The notes beneath the pieces are model-generated. The model did not search any database, had not been told where the DNA came from, and was given only the letters and a program-made list of their open reading frames with translations. The translations under genes and the position numbers were made by a program. From an uncultured Actinomycetota bacterium (GTDB taxonomy: Bacteria; Actinomycetota; Actinomycetes; Mycobacteriales; Mycobacteriaceae), in assembly GCA_963779655.1 (NCBI GenBank), contig CAVZZD010000011.1, forward strand, positions 382 to 64,381: a stretch of DNA of 64,000 nt. Reading direction: 5' to 3'. Numbering within the stretch: position 1 is the stretch's first letter; every line of letters starts with the position of its first letter. Below are positions 30,482 through 41,801 of the stretch, in pieces.

Positions 30482-31436
30482 ATGTTTCCCAGACGGCCGG
30501 TCGGCATTCTGCTCGGCTACCTCGCCGACGTGGCGTTGGGTGATCCGCGGCGCGGCCATCCGGTGGCCGGGTTCGGCGCCGTCGCCGGCCGGCTGGAACG
30601 CCTCACGTATCGCGACCGCCGGGCCGCCGGTGCGCTGCACACCGCACTGCTGCTGATCCCGTTGGGTGCCGGGGCGGCGCCTGGCGGGACGGTCGGCGGC
30701 GGCGGTCGCGGCGGCGACGTGGGTGAGCCTGGGCGGCACGTCGCTGGCGCGGACCGGCCTGAGCGATGGCCGATGCGCTCGACCGCGACGACATCGACGG
30801 AGGCGCGGGAGGTGCTGCCGTCGCTGTGCGGGCGCGACCCGGCGTTCCTCGACCGTGCCGGTCTGACCCGGGCCGCGCTGGAGTCCATCGCGGAGAACAC
30901 CTCCGACGCCCAGGTGGCGCCGCTGCTGTGGGCGGCGGGCGCGGGAGCGCCGGGGGTGCTGCTGTACCGGGCGGTCAACACGCTCGACGCGATGATCGGG
31001 CACCGCTCGCCGCGGTACGCGCGATTCGGTTGGGCGGCAGCGCGGTTGGACGACGTCGCCAACTACGCCGGGGCGCGGGTCGCCGGCGCGCTGGTGGTCG
31101 CCTGCGCGCCAGTGGTCGGCGGGTCGGCGTCGGGCGCGTGGCGCGCGTGGCGTCGTGACGCCGCGGCGCACCCGAGCCCCAATGCCGGCGTCGTCGAGGC
31201 GGCGTTCGCCGGGGCGCTCGGTGTGCGCCTGGGCGGCCCGACCCAGTACCGCCACGAACTGCAGATCCGGCCCACGCTCGGGGACGGTCGCCCGCCGGAG
31301 GTGGCCGATCTGCGCCGGGCTGTGCGGCTGTCACGGGTGGTGCAGGCGGCCGCGCGGGCTGGCGGTGGCTGGTAGCCGTGGCGCTGGTTCAGCGGCGCCG
31401 GCCGTAGCGGTCGGCCAGTTTCTGCCTCGACCGTGA
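30482..31436 (+). CDS. cobD: cobalamin biosynthesis protein CobD/CbiB (frameshifts, likely sequence error)
   Basis: [42 protein letters not shown]. Confidence 0.88.
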
Positions 31437-32222
31437 CCGGTGCTGTCCACGTCCCGGCCCGCTGCCGCCTGTTGCTCCTCACGCTCCCGGCGGCGCACCT
31501 TGAGTTCGGAGTAGACGAAGTACCCGAGACCGATCGGCGCGACGACGCCGAACACGATCCACTGGATGCCGTAGGACAGGAACGGACCGGCATCCAGGTG
31601 CGGCAGCGGGATCACGCCCAGGCCGCCGGGCTGGTTCTCGATCAGTTGAACGTACGACCCGGCCAGCGGCACGCCGGTCACGGCCGACACCTGGTGGGTG
31701 TCGATGGCGTACACCTGCCGGTAGCCCTGCTCGGTGAAGGGGTCCTTACCCGGCGGGACGGTCTCGGAGTCGCGCAGCCGGCCGGTGACGGTCACGGTGC
31801 CGGTCGGCAGCGTCGCGATACCGGGAACCCGTGACCCGCCCTCGGGGCGCACATAGCCGCGGTCGATGAGCACCGTCGGCCCGTCGTCCACCACGAACGG
31901 CACCAGCACCTCGAACGCGGGTTCGCCCTCCACCACCCGCAACCGGGCCAGCACCTGGGCGTCGGGCAGGTAGTGGCCGGTGGCGGTCACCGGGCGCCAC
32001 TGCGCGTCCGGCGCCGACGAATCCTGTTGCGGCAAAACGGAAGTCACCGGAATCGGCGCGGCGGTCAGCGACGAGCTGATCTGGTGGTTCTCCCGCGAGG
32101 TGGTGGTGTTCTTGCCGAGCTGCCACGGTGCCAGCACGGTGAAACACAGATAGGCGAACGCCACCACGACCAGGGCCAGGGCGATCCAGCCCGGCCGCAG
32201 CAGGAACGGTCAGCCGCTTCAT
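31389..32222 (-). CDS. SURF1 family membrane protein (Rv2235 ortholog; frameshifts)
   Basis: LAPWQLGK, LIDRGYV, FLSYGIQW; synteny. Confidence 0.85.
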
Positions 32223-32710
32223 GGACTTCTCCAGTTGCTCGTCGATCCAGGCGTGCAGACCGGGCAGCGCCGCGTCGATGACGGTGAAGACGTCCTCGAA
32301 ATCGTCGTGGGTGCCGTAGTAGGGGTCCTCGACGTCGGGGGTGTGCGCACCCGATCGCGGATCGAACGACCGCAGCATCCGGACCCGGTCGGCGTCGACG
32401 CCCAGATCCCGCAGTATCCGGAGGTGGTTGCGGCCCAGCGCGATCACCAGATCCGCCGCCAGATGATCGTCGTCGAGTTGGGCGGCCCGGTGATCGGCCG
32501 GATAGCCGTGCGAGGCGAGCACCTGCTTGGCCCGCCGGTCGGCGCCCTCGCCGGCATGCCAGCGACCCGGTGCCCGCACTGGTGACCCGGACCCGTCCGG
32601 CCAGCCCGCGCTCGCGGATCTGATGGGCGAACATCTTCTCGGCCATCGGGCGACCGGCAGATGTTGCCCGAGCAGACGAACGTCACATGCAGCGGCTCAG
32701 ATCTAGACAC
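32219..32710 (-). CDS. ptpA: low-molecular-weight protein tyrosine phosphatase (frameshifts)
   Basis: CSGNICRS P-loop; VEDPYYG. Confidence 0.9.
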
Positions 32711-33375
32711 CGAGCACCTCGCGCAGCGCGGCGAGGTCGCCGACGTGGGCGGCCGCGGGGGACGCCGTCGGTGAAGTCCTGGTGACCGTAGCCCCAGCCG
32801 ACGACGACGGTGTCGATACCGTGGGCCGCCGCGCCTTCCACGTCGTGGCTGCGGTCGCCGACCATCAGGACGCGCTGCGGCAGCGGCGCCAGTTGGTCCA
32901 GCGCATGCGCCACCACCTCGGCCTTGGACGAGCGGGCGCCGTCGACACTGGCTCCGGCGATGACCTCGAAGTGCCCGTCCAGGCCGAAGTGCGCCAGGAT
33001 GCGCCGGGCGGTGGGCTCGGCCTTCGAGGTGGCGACCGCCAGCCGCACACCCGCGGCCCGCAGGTCGGCCAGCAGCTCCGGGACGCCGTCGAACGGCCGG
33101 TTCATCGCCCAGCCGCGGCTGGTGTAGTCGGCCCGGTACGCGGCGACCGCGGCGTCGGCGCGGTCCCCGAGCCCCATCCCGCGCAGCGTCTGATGCATCG
33201 GCGGGCCCACGATCCGGGCGACCAGGTCGCCGTCGGGAACCGTTGCGCCGATCTCGCTGAGCGCGTGGCGGAAACTCGCGACGATGCCGGCCGCCGAGTC
33301 GGTCAGGGTGCCGTCGAGATCGAAGAGCACCAGTTGGGGTCCCCCGGCCGACAGCGTTTCAGTCACGCGTGCCAT
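32703..33375 (-). CDS. ptkA: HAD-family hydrolase / PtkA ortholog
   Basis: [23 protein letters not shown]; adjacent to ptpA. Confidence 0.8.
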
Positions 33376-33424
33376 TGTCCCCGATCTGCCGCCTCCGATG
33401 CCGGGCGCACTACTGTTCTTCACT

Positions 33425-34546
33425 GTGACGGTGCGGCTGGCGGACATCATCGAGGTGCTCGATGCCGCCTATCCGCCGGCGCTGGCGCAGTCGTGGGACT
33501 CCGTCGGCCTGGTGTGCGGGGACCCCGCCGAGGCCGTCGAGTCGGTGACCGTGGCCGTCGACGCCACCGCCGCCGTGGTCGACGACGTTCCCGACCGCGG
33601 TCTGCTGCTGGCCCACCATCCGCTGCTGCTGCGCGGCGTGGACAGCGTCGCCGCCAGCACCCCGAAGGGCGCGCTGGTGCACCGGCTGATCCGCACCGGC
33701 CGCGCGCTGTTCACCGCGCACACCAACGCCGACTCCGCCGCGCCGGGCGTCTCCGACGCCCTTGCCGACGCGCTGGGCCTGACGGTGGTCGACGTGCTGG
33801 ATCCGGTCGGCCGGTGCCGACCTGGACAAGTGGGTGATCTACGTGCCGCCCGAGAACGCCGAGGCGGTGCGGACCGCCGTCTTCGACGCGGGCGCCGGGC
33901 AGATCGGCGACTACTCCTGCTGCAGCTGGAGTGTTTCCGGCACCGGGCAGTTCCTCCCGCACGACGGCGCCACCCCGGCGATCGGCCGGGTCGGCACCGT
34001 GGAGCGGCTGGCCGAGGACCGGGTCGAGGTGATCGCGCCGGCGCGGCTGCGCGCTCCGGTGCTGGCGGCGATGCGGGGCGCCCACCCGTACGAGGAGCCG
34101 GCGTTCGATGTCATCGAGCTGGCTGCGCTGCCCGCCGGGGTCGGGCTGGGCCGGATCGCCGAACTTCCGCAACCGGAGCCGCTGCGCGATTTCGTCGCGC
34201 GGGCCGGTGCCCGGCTGCCCGCCACCTCGTGGGGTGTGCGCGCGGCGGGCGACCCGGATCTGCCGGTGTCGCGGGTCGCGGTGTGCGGCGGCGCGGGGGA
34301 TTCGCTGCTCGCCACGGCCGCACGCGCCGGTGTGCAGGCCTACCTGACCGCGGACCTACGCCACCATCCCGCCGACGAGCACCGCCGGGCCTCCGACGTC
34401 GCCCTGGTCGATGTCGCGCACTGGGCCAGCGAGTATCCCGTGGTGCGGCCAGGCCGCCGCGCTGCTGCGCGCGCACTTCGCCGACACCCTGCGGGTGCGC
34501 GTCTCGACGATCCGCACCGATCCCTGGAATATTGGAGCGCACGTAA
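33425..34546 (+). CDS. Nif3-like dinuclear metal centre protein (Rv2230c ortholog; frameshifts)
   Basis: WDSVGL, AHHPLL, HTNAD, HPYEEPA, AHWASE. Confidence 0.88.
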   Translation: MTVRLADIIEVLDAAYPPALAQSWDSVGLVCGDPAEAVESVTVAVDATAAVVDDVPDRGLLLAHHPLLLRGVDSVAASTPKGALVHRLIRTGRALFTAHTNADSAAPGVSDALADALGLTVVDVLDPVGRCRPGQVGDLRAARERRGGADRRLRRGRRADRRLLLLQLECFRHRAVPPARRRHPGDRPGRHRGAAGRGPGRGDRAGAAARSGAGGDAGRPPVRGAGVRCHRAGCAARRGRAGPDRRTSATGAAARFRRAGRCPAARHLVGCARGGRPGSAGVAGRGVRRRGGFAARHGRTRRCAGLPDRGPTPPSRRRAPPGLRRRPGRCRALGQRVSRGAARPPRCCARTSPTPCGCASRRSAPIPGILERT

Positions 34547-35265
34547 TGAAAGCCGATGTATGGCAACAACATTCACTGCTCGAGCTGGCCGAGCTCGATG
34601 CCGAGTTGAGCCGGATTGCACACCGCGCCGCCAACCTGAGCGAACAACAGCGCTGTGAGCAGCTGGAGGCCGACCACCGCGCCGCGGTCGACCGTGTCGC
34701 CGTGCTGGCGATCGCCATCGAGGACCTCGACGGGCAGGTGGGCCGGCTGGAGTCCGAGATCGACGGCGTCCGTCAGCGCGAGGACCGCGACCGCGCGCTG
34801 CTGGACTCACCGGCCACGAACTCCAAGCAGCTCACCGAACTGCAACACGAACTGGAAACGCTGCAGCGCCGGCAGGGGTCGCTGGAGGATTCGCTGCTCG
34901 AAGTCATGGAGCGCCGCGAACAGCTGCAGGGCGAGCAGTCCGCCGGGCAGTCCGCGGTCGACGGATTGGCCGAGGAGTTGACCGCCGCCCGCCAGGCGCG
35001 GGATGCGGCGCTTGCCGAGATCGAGCAGACCCGCGGTGACCGGGTGACCCGCCGTGCGCAGGTCAGCGAGACCGTTGCTCCCGAGCTGGCGTCCTTGTAC
35101 GAGCGCGTCGGGGCCGGCGCGCTGCAGGGGCGGCGCTGTGGGGCGTGCCGCATCGAGATCGACCGCGGCGAACTGTCGCGCATCGCCGCAGCCGCTGAAG
35201 ACGACGTGCTGCGTTGCCCGGAATGTGGCGCGATCCTGTTGCGGGTCACTGGAGTTGGCGCGTGA
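34546..35265 (+). CDS. coiled-coil zinc-ribbon protein (Rv2229c ortholog)
   Basis: Long coiled coil, CGAC...CPECG. Confidence 0.88.
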   Translation: MKADVWQQHSLLELAELDAELSRIAHRAANLSEQQRCEQLEADHRAAVDRVAVLAIAIEDLDGQVGRLESEIDGVRQREDRDRALLDSPATNSKQLTELQHELETLQRRQGSLEDSLLEVMERREQLQGEQSAGQSAVDGLAEELTAARQARDAALAEIEQTRGDRVTRRAQVSETVAPELASLYERVGAGALQGRRCGACRIEIDRGELSRIAAAAEDDVLRCPECGAILLRVTGVGA

Positions 35266-36360
35266 GGGTGGCGATGGAGGCCGACGGCGGTTCGCGCGGC
35301 AATCCGGGGCCGGCCGGGTACGGGGCGGTGGTGTTCTCAGCCGATCACGGCACGGTGCTCGCCGAGAGCAAGCAGGCCATCGGGCAGGCCACCAACAACG
35401 TCGCCGAATACCGCGGCCTCATCGCGGGTCTGGCGGAGGCGGCGCTGGTGGGCGCGACAGAGGTCGCGGTGTCGATGGACTCCAAGCTGGTCGTCGAGCA
35501 GATGTCCGGCCGCTGGAAGGTCAAGCACCCCGACCTCATCGACCTCAACCGTGAAGCGCGCGGGTTGGCGTCGCAGTTCGACCGCATCACCTTCACCTGG
35601 ATCCCCCGCGAGAAGAACAAGCACGCCGACCGGCTGGCCAACGAGGCGATGGACGCGGCCGCCGCAATCGCGGCCGACGCAGGTGACCAACAGCCGGCTC
35701 CGCCCGACAAGGTGGAGTCGTCGCCGCCGGGCTGGACGGGCGCCACCGGGTGCGCCGACCCGGCTGTTGTTGCTGCGGCACGGGCAGACCGAACTATCGG
35801 TGGAACGGCGGTATTCGGGCCGAGGCAATCCGCCGTTGACCGAACTCGGCCGGCGGCAGGCCGACGCCGCCGCGGCCTACCTGGGTGGCCGGGGCGGGAT
35901 CGCGGCGGTTGTCAGTTCGCCGCTGCAGCGTGCCTACGACACCGCACAGGCCGCCGGTAAGGCGCTGGGGCTCGACGTGGTGGTCGACGACGATTTGATC
36001 GAGACGGACTTCGGTGACTGGGAGGGGCTGACATTCACCGAGGCCGCGGACACCGATCCCGATCTGCACCGGCGCTGGCTGCGCGACACCACGGTCACCC
36101 CGCCCGGCGGGGAGAGTTTCGACGCGGTGCACAACCGGGTCCGGCGCGCGCGGGCGCGCATCATCACCGAGTACGGCGGCTCGACCGTGCTGGTGGTGTC
36201 GCACGTGACTCCGATCAAGACCCTGCTGCGGATGGCGCTCGACGCCGGACCGGGCATGCTCTACCGGCTGCACCTGGATCTGGCGTCGTTGTCGATTGCG
36301 GAGTTCTATCCCGACGGCGCGGCGTCGGTGCGGCTGGTGAACCAGACGGCGTACCTGTGA
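35262..36360 (+). CDS. bifunctional RNase HI / histidine phosphatase (Rv2228c ortholog; one frameshift)
   Basis: [27 protein letters not shown]; LRHG, SH. Confidence 0.9.
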
Positions 36361-37108
36361 GCGGTGCGCGGGACCACTGGGACCGGTGGTGCTGCGTCGC
36401 CATGGGCCGAGAAACACGGCCCTCACACCACTTCCCGCCCGCCGGGAGGTACTGCACGGCGCGCACCTGCCGGCGGCCGGGTGGATTCGCGGCCGGGTGG
36501 GACCGTCAGAGCGCTGGGCGATTGGACCCGACGGCACCGAAGCAACGCTGTTGGACAACCTAATCTTTCTGCGTCGGCACAACCGAGCCGACTGACGCAC
36601 GACGCGCGGTTCGGCAACGGTGGTAATCGCCCTTTCGATTGCCTTTGCGGCGGTCAGGGCCCATCGAAGCTCGTCAGCGCCCCGCGACCTCACTGGATGA
36701 AGTTTGCTGCCAAGTGGTGAAGTGAAATAACGTACTGATGACATTGCGGAACTGGCAGTCCCTGCACATTGTGTCTCTAACGTGACTGATCGCACGGCTA
36801 ATTAGTTTCCTGGAAGTCGTGATGGCCGCCCATGAATCGCATTCCAGCCGGTGCGATAGTGCCTCGTAGCATGGTGAAAAACATTGGTAGTCAAGATGTC
36901 CCGAGAATAATGCCAGTCACATTCACTTTATATATGACCGCAGAGTAATAAAATAATAGTTTGCCAAAATAGCGCTTTATCGCACAATAGAGCCGCGTTC
37001 TAACCTGAGATGGCGATAACAATTGTGTGACAAGACGGTCCGTATTGATTTCCGGCAAACTCCGCGTAATGGCGTTGCCTGAGTTAGCGTGCTGACATTC
37101 ATTCGGAC

Positions 37109-39005
37109 ATGGAGCGACTTATGCGGACTTCTCTGGATCGGTTTGCGAACCGACTCGTGCTGGCTGTCATCCCGATGCTCGTCGTCGCGCTGGTGTGTGC
37201 GGTGGCCCATTTGTACGTGCCGGCATCGGCAAAGATCAGGAACGTCTCACTCGACTTCATTCCAACCGCCGCGATCGACACATCGTCGACCGCCGTGGGG
37301 ATCGCCGACTCTGACCTGTACTTCATGTCGGCCGCCGATGTGGCCACGACACTGGACGTGATGCAGGCGATGGGCGTGAACCAGGTGCGCGTGTTCGTGC
37401 CGTGGGCGGCGGTCGAGGCGAAGGCGGACGTCTACGACTGGTCCAAGGTCGACATGGTGATCAACGCGGCGGCCCAGCGCGGTATGGCTGTGTTGGCCGC
37501 CGTCACCAGCACGCCGAAGTGGGCCGGCGGCACGACCTATGCGCCGAACACCGCCCCGAACTCCACTGCCGCCTACGCGCAATTCATGGGCGACCTCGCA
37601 ACGCGCTACGGTGCCGCAACCAACGGCGGCGAGGCCAAGATCTCCGCCTACGAGGTCTGGAACGAGCCCAATGGGTTCGCGGGCTGGTCTCCGTCGCCTA
37701 ATGCCAAGGCCTACACCGCACTGCTCAAGGCCGCATACACCGCAGATCAAGGCGGCCGATCCGACCACCACCGTGGTGGGCGGTGTTTTGGGTGCCGGTA
37801 TCAGTTTCGGCTCATTGACGGTGAACCCCGTTACCTTCCTGCAGCAGATGTACGCCAACGGAGCGGAAGGCTACTTCGACGCGCTGTCCTTCCACCCATA
37901 CCAGAACAAGACGAAATTCTCGGCGGGCTACAACGCCAACTACCCCCTCCAGCAGCTGCAGGCGATGAGGAACCTGATGAACGTGAACGGGGACGGCAGC
38001 AAGCTGATCTGGAACACCGAGTACGGACTGCCCACGTCGGTCGTCAGCGAGGCCACCCAGGCGGCATTCGTTCAGGACCTCCTCAACACCTGGTCGGGCC
38101 TCACCGGTGTCGGGCCGATGTTCTTCTACACCACCCGCGACCGTGAGGCGAACTCGTACGACAGCGAGGACAACTTCGGACTGTTCAACAACAACTGGAC
38201 TCCCAAGAAGGTTGTGCAGGTCATCGAGGAGTGGATCGAAGCGCACCCCGGAGCAGTGACTCCGACGATCCGACCGACCGATCCGACCGATCCGACCGAT
38301 CCGACGACACCCACGGATCCGCTGGCCGCGTTCGTCGCCCAGGTCGGGGATGCCCTCAACGCGTGGCTTCAAGCCCTGGCGGCCGCGCTGAACCCGAAGG
38401 CCGCCGCAGCCCAGACGGTGACGACGTCGTCGGTGGCGGCGCGCCTGGCACCGGTGGTCGCGGAGAGCGCAATCGCTGAGGCATCCGGGGCGGCGCCGGC
38501 AGTCGTTGCCGACCCTGCCGGCGCGGCGGTAGCCGACACGAAGACCGCGACGGTTGCCGCCGACGCGTCGCGCACCGTGACGGCCCAAGCGGGCAACGAC
38601 GGCAAGGCCGCCGAACCGGTGACGAAGGCCATCGAGGTCGCGTCCCCGGAGCCGGTGACCGAAACCGCACCGGTGGCCGAGACCGCACCGGTGGCCGAGA
38701 CCGCCACGACCGAAGCCTCAGCGCCAGTGGAGCCCAAGACCACTGAACCCGACGCCGCCACCGTGGCCAAGAGCGACGACGCCCCGGGAACGGCGGCCGA
38801 CTCCACGACGGCGACCAAAAAGGACGAAAGCTCGACACCGGCGTCCGCTCCCAAGCCGCGCAAGCCGTGGAAGAAGAGCACCGGGCCGGTCACCAAGTCG
38901 ACCGACAAGCCGGGTTCCCTGTCTAGCGACAAGCGCAAGAGCGTGACGGACAGCGCATCCGACGCGAAGGCATCCGAATCCTCGAAGGGTGAGTCGGAGG
39001 GGTAG
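37109..39005 (+). CDS. clan GH-A glycoside hydrolase (GH5/GH39-like) paralog 1; +1 frameshift near 37745
   Basis: N-terminal TM; YEVWNEPN, FHPY, IWNTEYG; PTD linker and low-complexity tail. Confidence 0.85.
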
Positions 39006-39043
39006 TCCGACGGCGGTGCGGACGCCTGAAAAATCGCGATCGT

Positions 39044-39072
39044 CGACGGCCCAGGGCTCCCTTGGGCCGTCG
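39044..39072 (+). terminator. hairpin downstream of GH paralog 1
   Basis: CGACGGCCCA-GGGCTCCCT-TGGGCCGTCG. Confidence 0.55.
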
Positions 39073-39482
39073 GCATCCGGTGCAGACATCACCTTGAATC
39101 GACGGCGATTCACAACTTTTTCGCCGATCTCGGCGATATGCCATGTCGACCCTTGTCACAGCAATGATTGCGGCGGACAGCTGTTTGCCACGGTCAATGA
39201 ATAGTGGCTCCTAAAACTTACCTGTAATTGCAGAAAATCAGCAAGTGTGTTCTGCACTGTGCCGCCAGCGTTGTTCGTATCGGATCGAAATATATTGTAA
39301 GACAGTATCTTCTGACTCAGAGCGCCGAGGTGGATCCGATATCCTGGTCGAATTCTATTGCGTCTTCGAAGTTTGCCAAACAACTTTCTGGTGCGAACGT
39401 ACCAAATCGAAGTATTTGAGGTTCGTACTGATATTTGCCCGCGCTCAATAGCGGTTCGCATTAGCTTCAACGACATCGCTGC

Positions 39483-41458
39483 GTGGCGATATCTACACCT
39501 TCGGTCACACAAAGGGGTGGGGCATTGAGGACTGGTTGGAAACGACTCGGCGGCTGGTTATCCGCGGCCGGGGTGCCGCTGCTGATCGTCGCGCTGGTGT
39601 GTTGGGTTGCGCACCTTTACGTATCGTCACCGCCGCGGGTGAAGCAGGTCTCCTATGCGTTTACCCCGACCGCCGCGATTGACACGTCGTCGACCGCCGT
39701 AGGGCTTGCGGACTCCGATCTGATCGGTATGTCAGAAGGCGACGTGGCCACCACGCTGGATGCACTGCAAGCCCTCGGGGTCAATCAGGTACGGATATTC
39801 GTTCCGTGGGCAGCCGTCGAGTTGTTCGAAGACCGCTACAACTGGGACGCCGTCGACAAGGTGGTCGATGCCGCGGCGGAACGTGGTATGGCTGTGCTGG
39901 CGGCGGTCACCAGTACACCGCGATGGGCCTCTGACCATCTGGGTACCAACTCCGCACCCCGATCGGAAGATGACTACGCGGAATTCGTCACCGAACTCGC
40001 CAAGCGCTACGGCGCCGAAAACAACGGCGGCACCGCCACGATCGCGGCTTACGAAATCTGGAACGAACCCAATGGCGCACCGGGCTGGTTCCCTTCGCCG
40101 GATCCCGAGGCCTATACGCGACTGCTCAAGGCGGCCTACACGGCGATCAAGAAGGTCGACAAGTCGACGCTGGTTGTCGCGGCCGGGCTCGGAGTGGGGT
40201 TCAGCTTTCTGGGACTGACCATCAACCCTGTCGATTTCATCGACCGAATGTACGACGCCGGCGCGCATGGTTACTTCGACGCCATTGCGGTGCACCCGTA
40301 CCAGTTCAAGATGACGTTGTCCGACGGTGACGATTACCCGGATCGCCCTATCGTCAGATCGCCCGGATCCGAAAACTCATGGACGACAACGGCGATGCCG
40401 ACACGCTGATCTGGACAACCGAATACGGGCTTCCCACGTCAGTGGTCAGCGAGGCTTATCAGGCGGCGTTCATTGCGAACTACCTCAGAACCTGGTCGGA
40501 CCTGCCGGGCGTCGGCCCGATGTTCTTCTACACGACCCGTGATCGGGAGACGGGCTCATCGGAATCCGAGGATACGTTCGGGATCGTCGAGACGGATTGG
40601 ACCCCGAAACTGTCGGCCGAGGTGATCGCGGCCTGGATTGCGGGCCAACCCCTCCCGGTTCCGGACATTCCCGACGAACCCGGGTTCAGCACCTGGCTGG
40701 CGGCCGCGTTCGCGGCGGTGGCGAACACCATCGGCGCCGTGGTGGACGCGGGTATCGCGGTGACGAAGTTTGTCGTGGATGCCGTGGTCGACGCTGTCCG
40801 ATGGGTGGTGTCGGCGGCCGTGAACACCGTAGCCTGGGTCGCCGGCGCAATCTTTGATGTCGTCACCGCGGTGGTGTCCGGGATCGCCGGGCTGTTCCAG
40901 CCGAATAGCGTTGCGGTGTCCGACTCGACGGCGGCCGCGTTCGACGGTGCCGCACCGGTTGCGGCGCTGGACAGTGACACCACAGCGGTCGCCAAGCCGG
41001 CGGCGCCTGCCCCCGATGGCGATACGGCGCGGGTGTCCGATCATGTTGCGGATGCAGACGCACCGGCCATCGAGCCCGCGCTGGCCGAATCCGCGGTGGA
41101 GAGTGCGGCCCAGGGTGCCGACGTCACCGAAGCCCAACTGTCTGCTGAGGCGACCGCGCCATCGACCGAGTCGCCGGACCCGGAGGAGCCGATCGCCGAG
41201 CCCGAGTCGGACGCCGCGAGCGTGGCCGACGACGGTGACACCGGATCGGCATCATCGTCTACGCATGACGCCGCGACGGCCAAAGACAAAGCAGGCACCG
41301 ACAAGACCGACAAGGACACGACGGACGAGACCGCTAAAGACACGGACAAGACGCCGAAAGACGCAACGGCCAAAGTCAAGACAGACACCGGGTCCGCGTC
41401 CGACGCGAAGGGATCCGAGTCGTCGAATTCGGGCGCGTCCGGCGGCGATTCGGAGTAG
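39483..41458 (+). CDS. clan GH-A glycoside hydrolase paralog 2; frameshift near 40350
   Basis: YEIWNEPN, VHPY, IWTTEYG; start uncertain. Confidence 0.85.
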
Positions 41459-41489
41459 CTCCGCTGCGCCGTCAGGATCGATGAACGGT

Positions 41490-41632
41490 TTGCCGGGCCG
41501 CCTCCAATTTGGTAACTCGGTGTGCGCCAACGAGTTGGCTGGGCGGTCGCGGAGACACGGGGCTTGTGCCGAAAGGCGCGACCGTGCAGGCGTTCAGGGC
41601 TGCTGGCCCGAGTTTGCGGGTGGGTCGCTTGC
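41490..41632 (+). pseudogene. internally deleted, degenerate copy of rnpB with its promoter region
   Basis: GGTGTGCGCCAACGAGTTGGCTGGGCGGTCGCGGAGA matches 44061-44097; GCCGAAAGGCGCGAC..GCAGGCGTTC.AGGGCTGCT.GCCCGAG..TGCGGGT.GG.CGCTTG matches ~44292-44356. Confidence 0.85.
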
Positions 41633-41801
41633 GCTCCCGCTTGTTTCGCTCAAGATAATGTGCTGGAGCACAACATGATTGGTGCTCCCGAGTCGAATTC
41701 GTTGATCGCAAAGCTAGCAATAAGCTGTGAAGCACGCTAGCGTCAACCGCCAGTGTCCGGGTACGTCGACTTCCATCCGATCCATGGGAGCAGGAATAGT
41801 T

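Noticed and set aside
33375-33425. Absence of cobC (Rv2231c) between ptkA and the Nif3-like gene
   Set aside because: As I recall, fast-growing mycobacteria also lack it here, so it is ordinary synteny variation
34411-35265. Apparent Nif3 C-terminus/zinc-ribbon fusion, and similar ptpA-SURF1 read-through
   Set aside because: Lies in the indel-rich block; best explained by sequencing error
36445-36500. Possible third, more degenerate rnpB 5' remnant after the RNase H gene (GGCGGCCGGGTGGATTCGCGG)
   Set aside because: Similarity is short and GC-rich with no diagnostic block; indistinguishable from chance by eye
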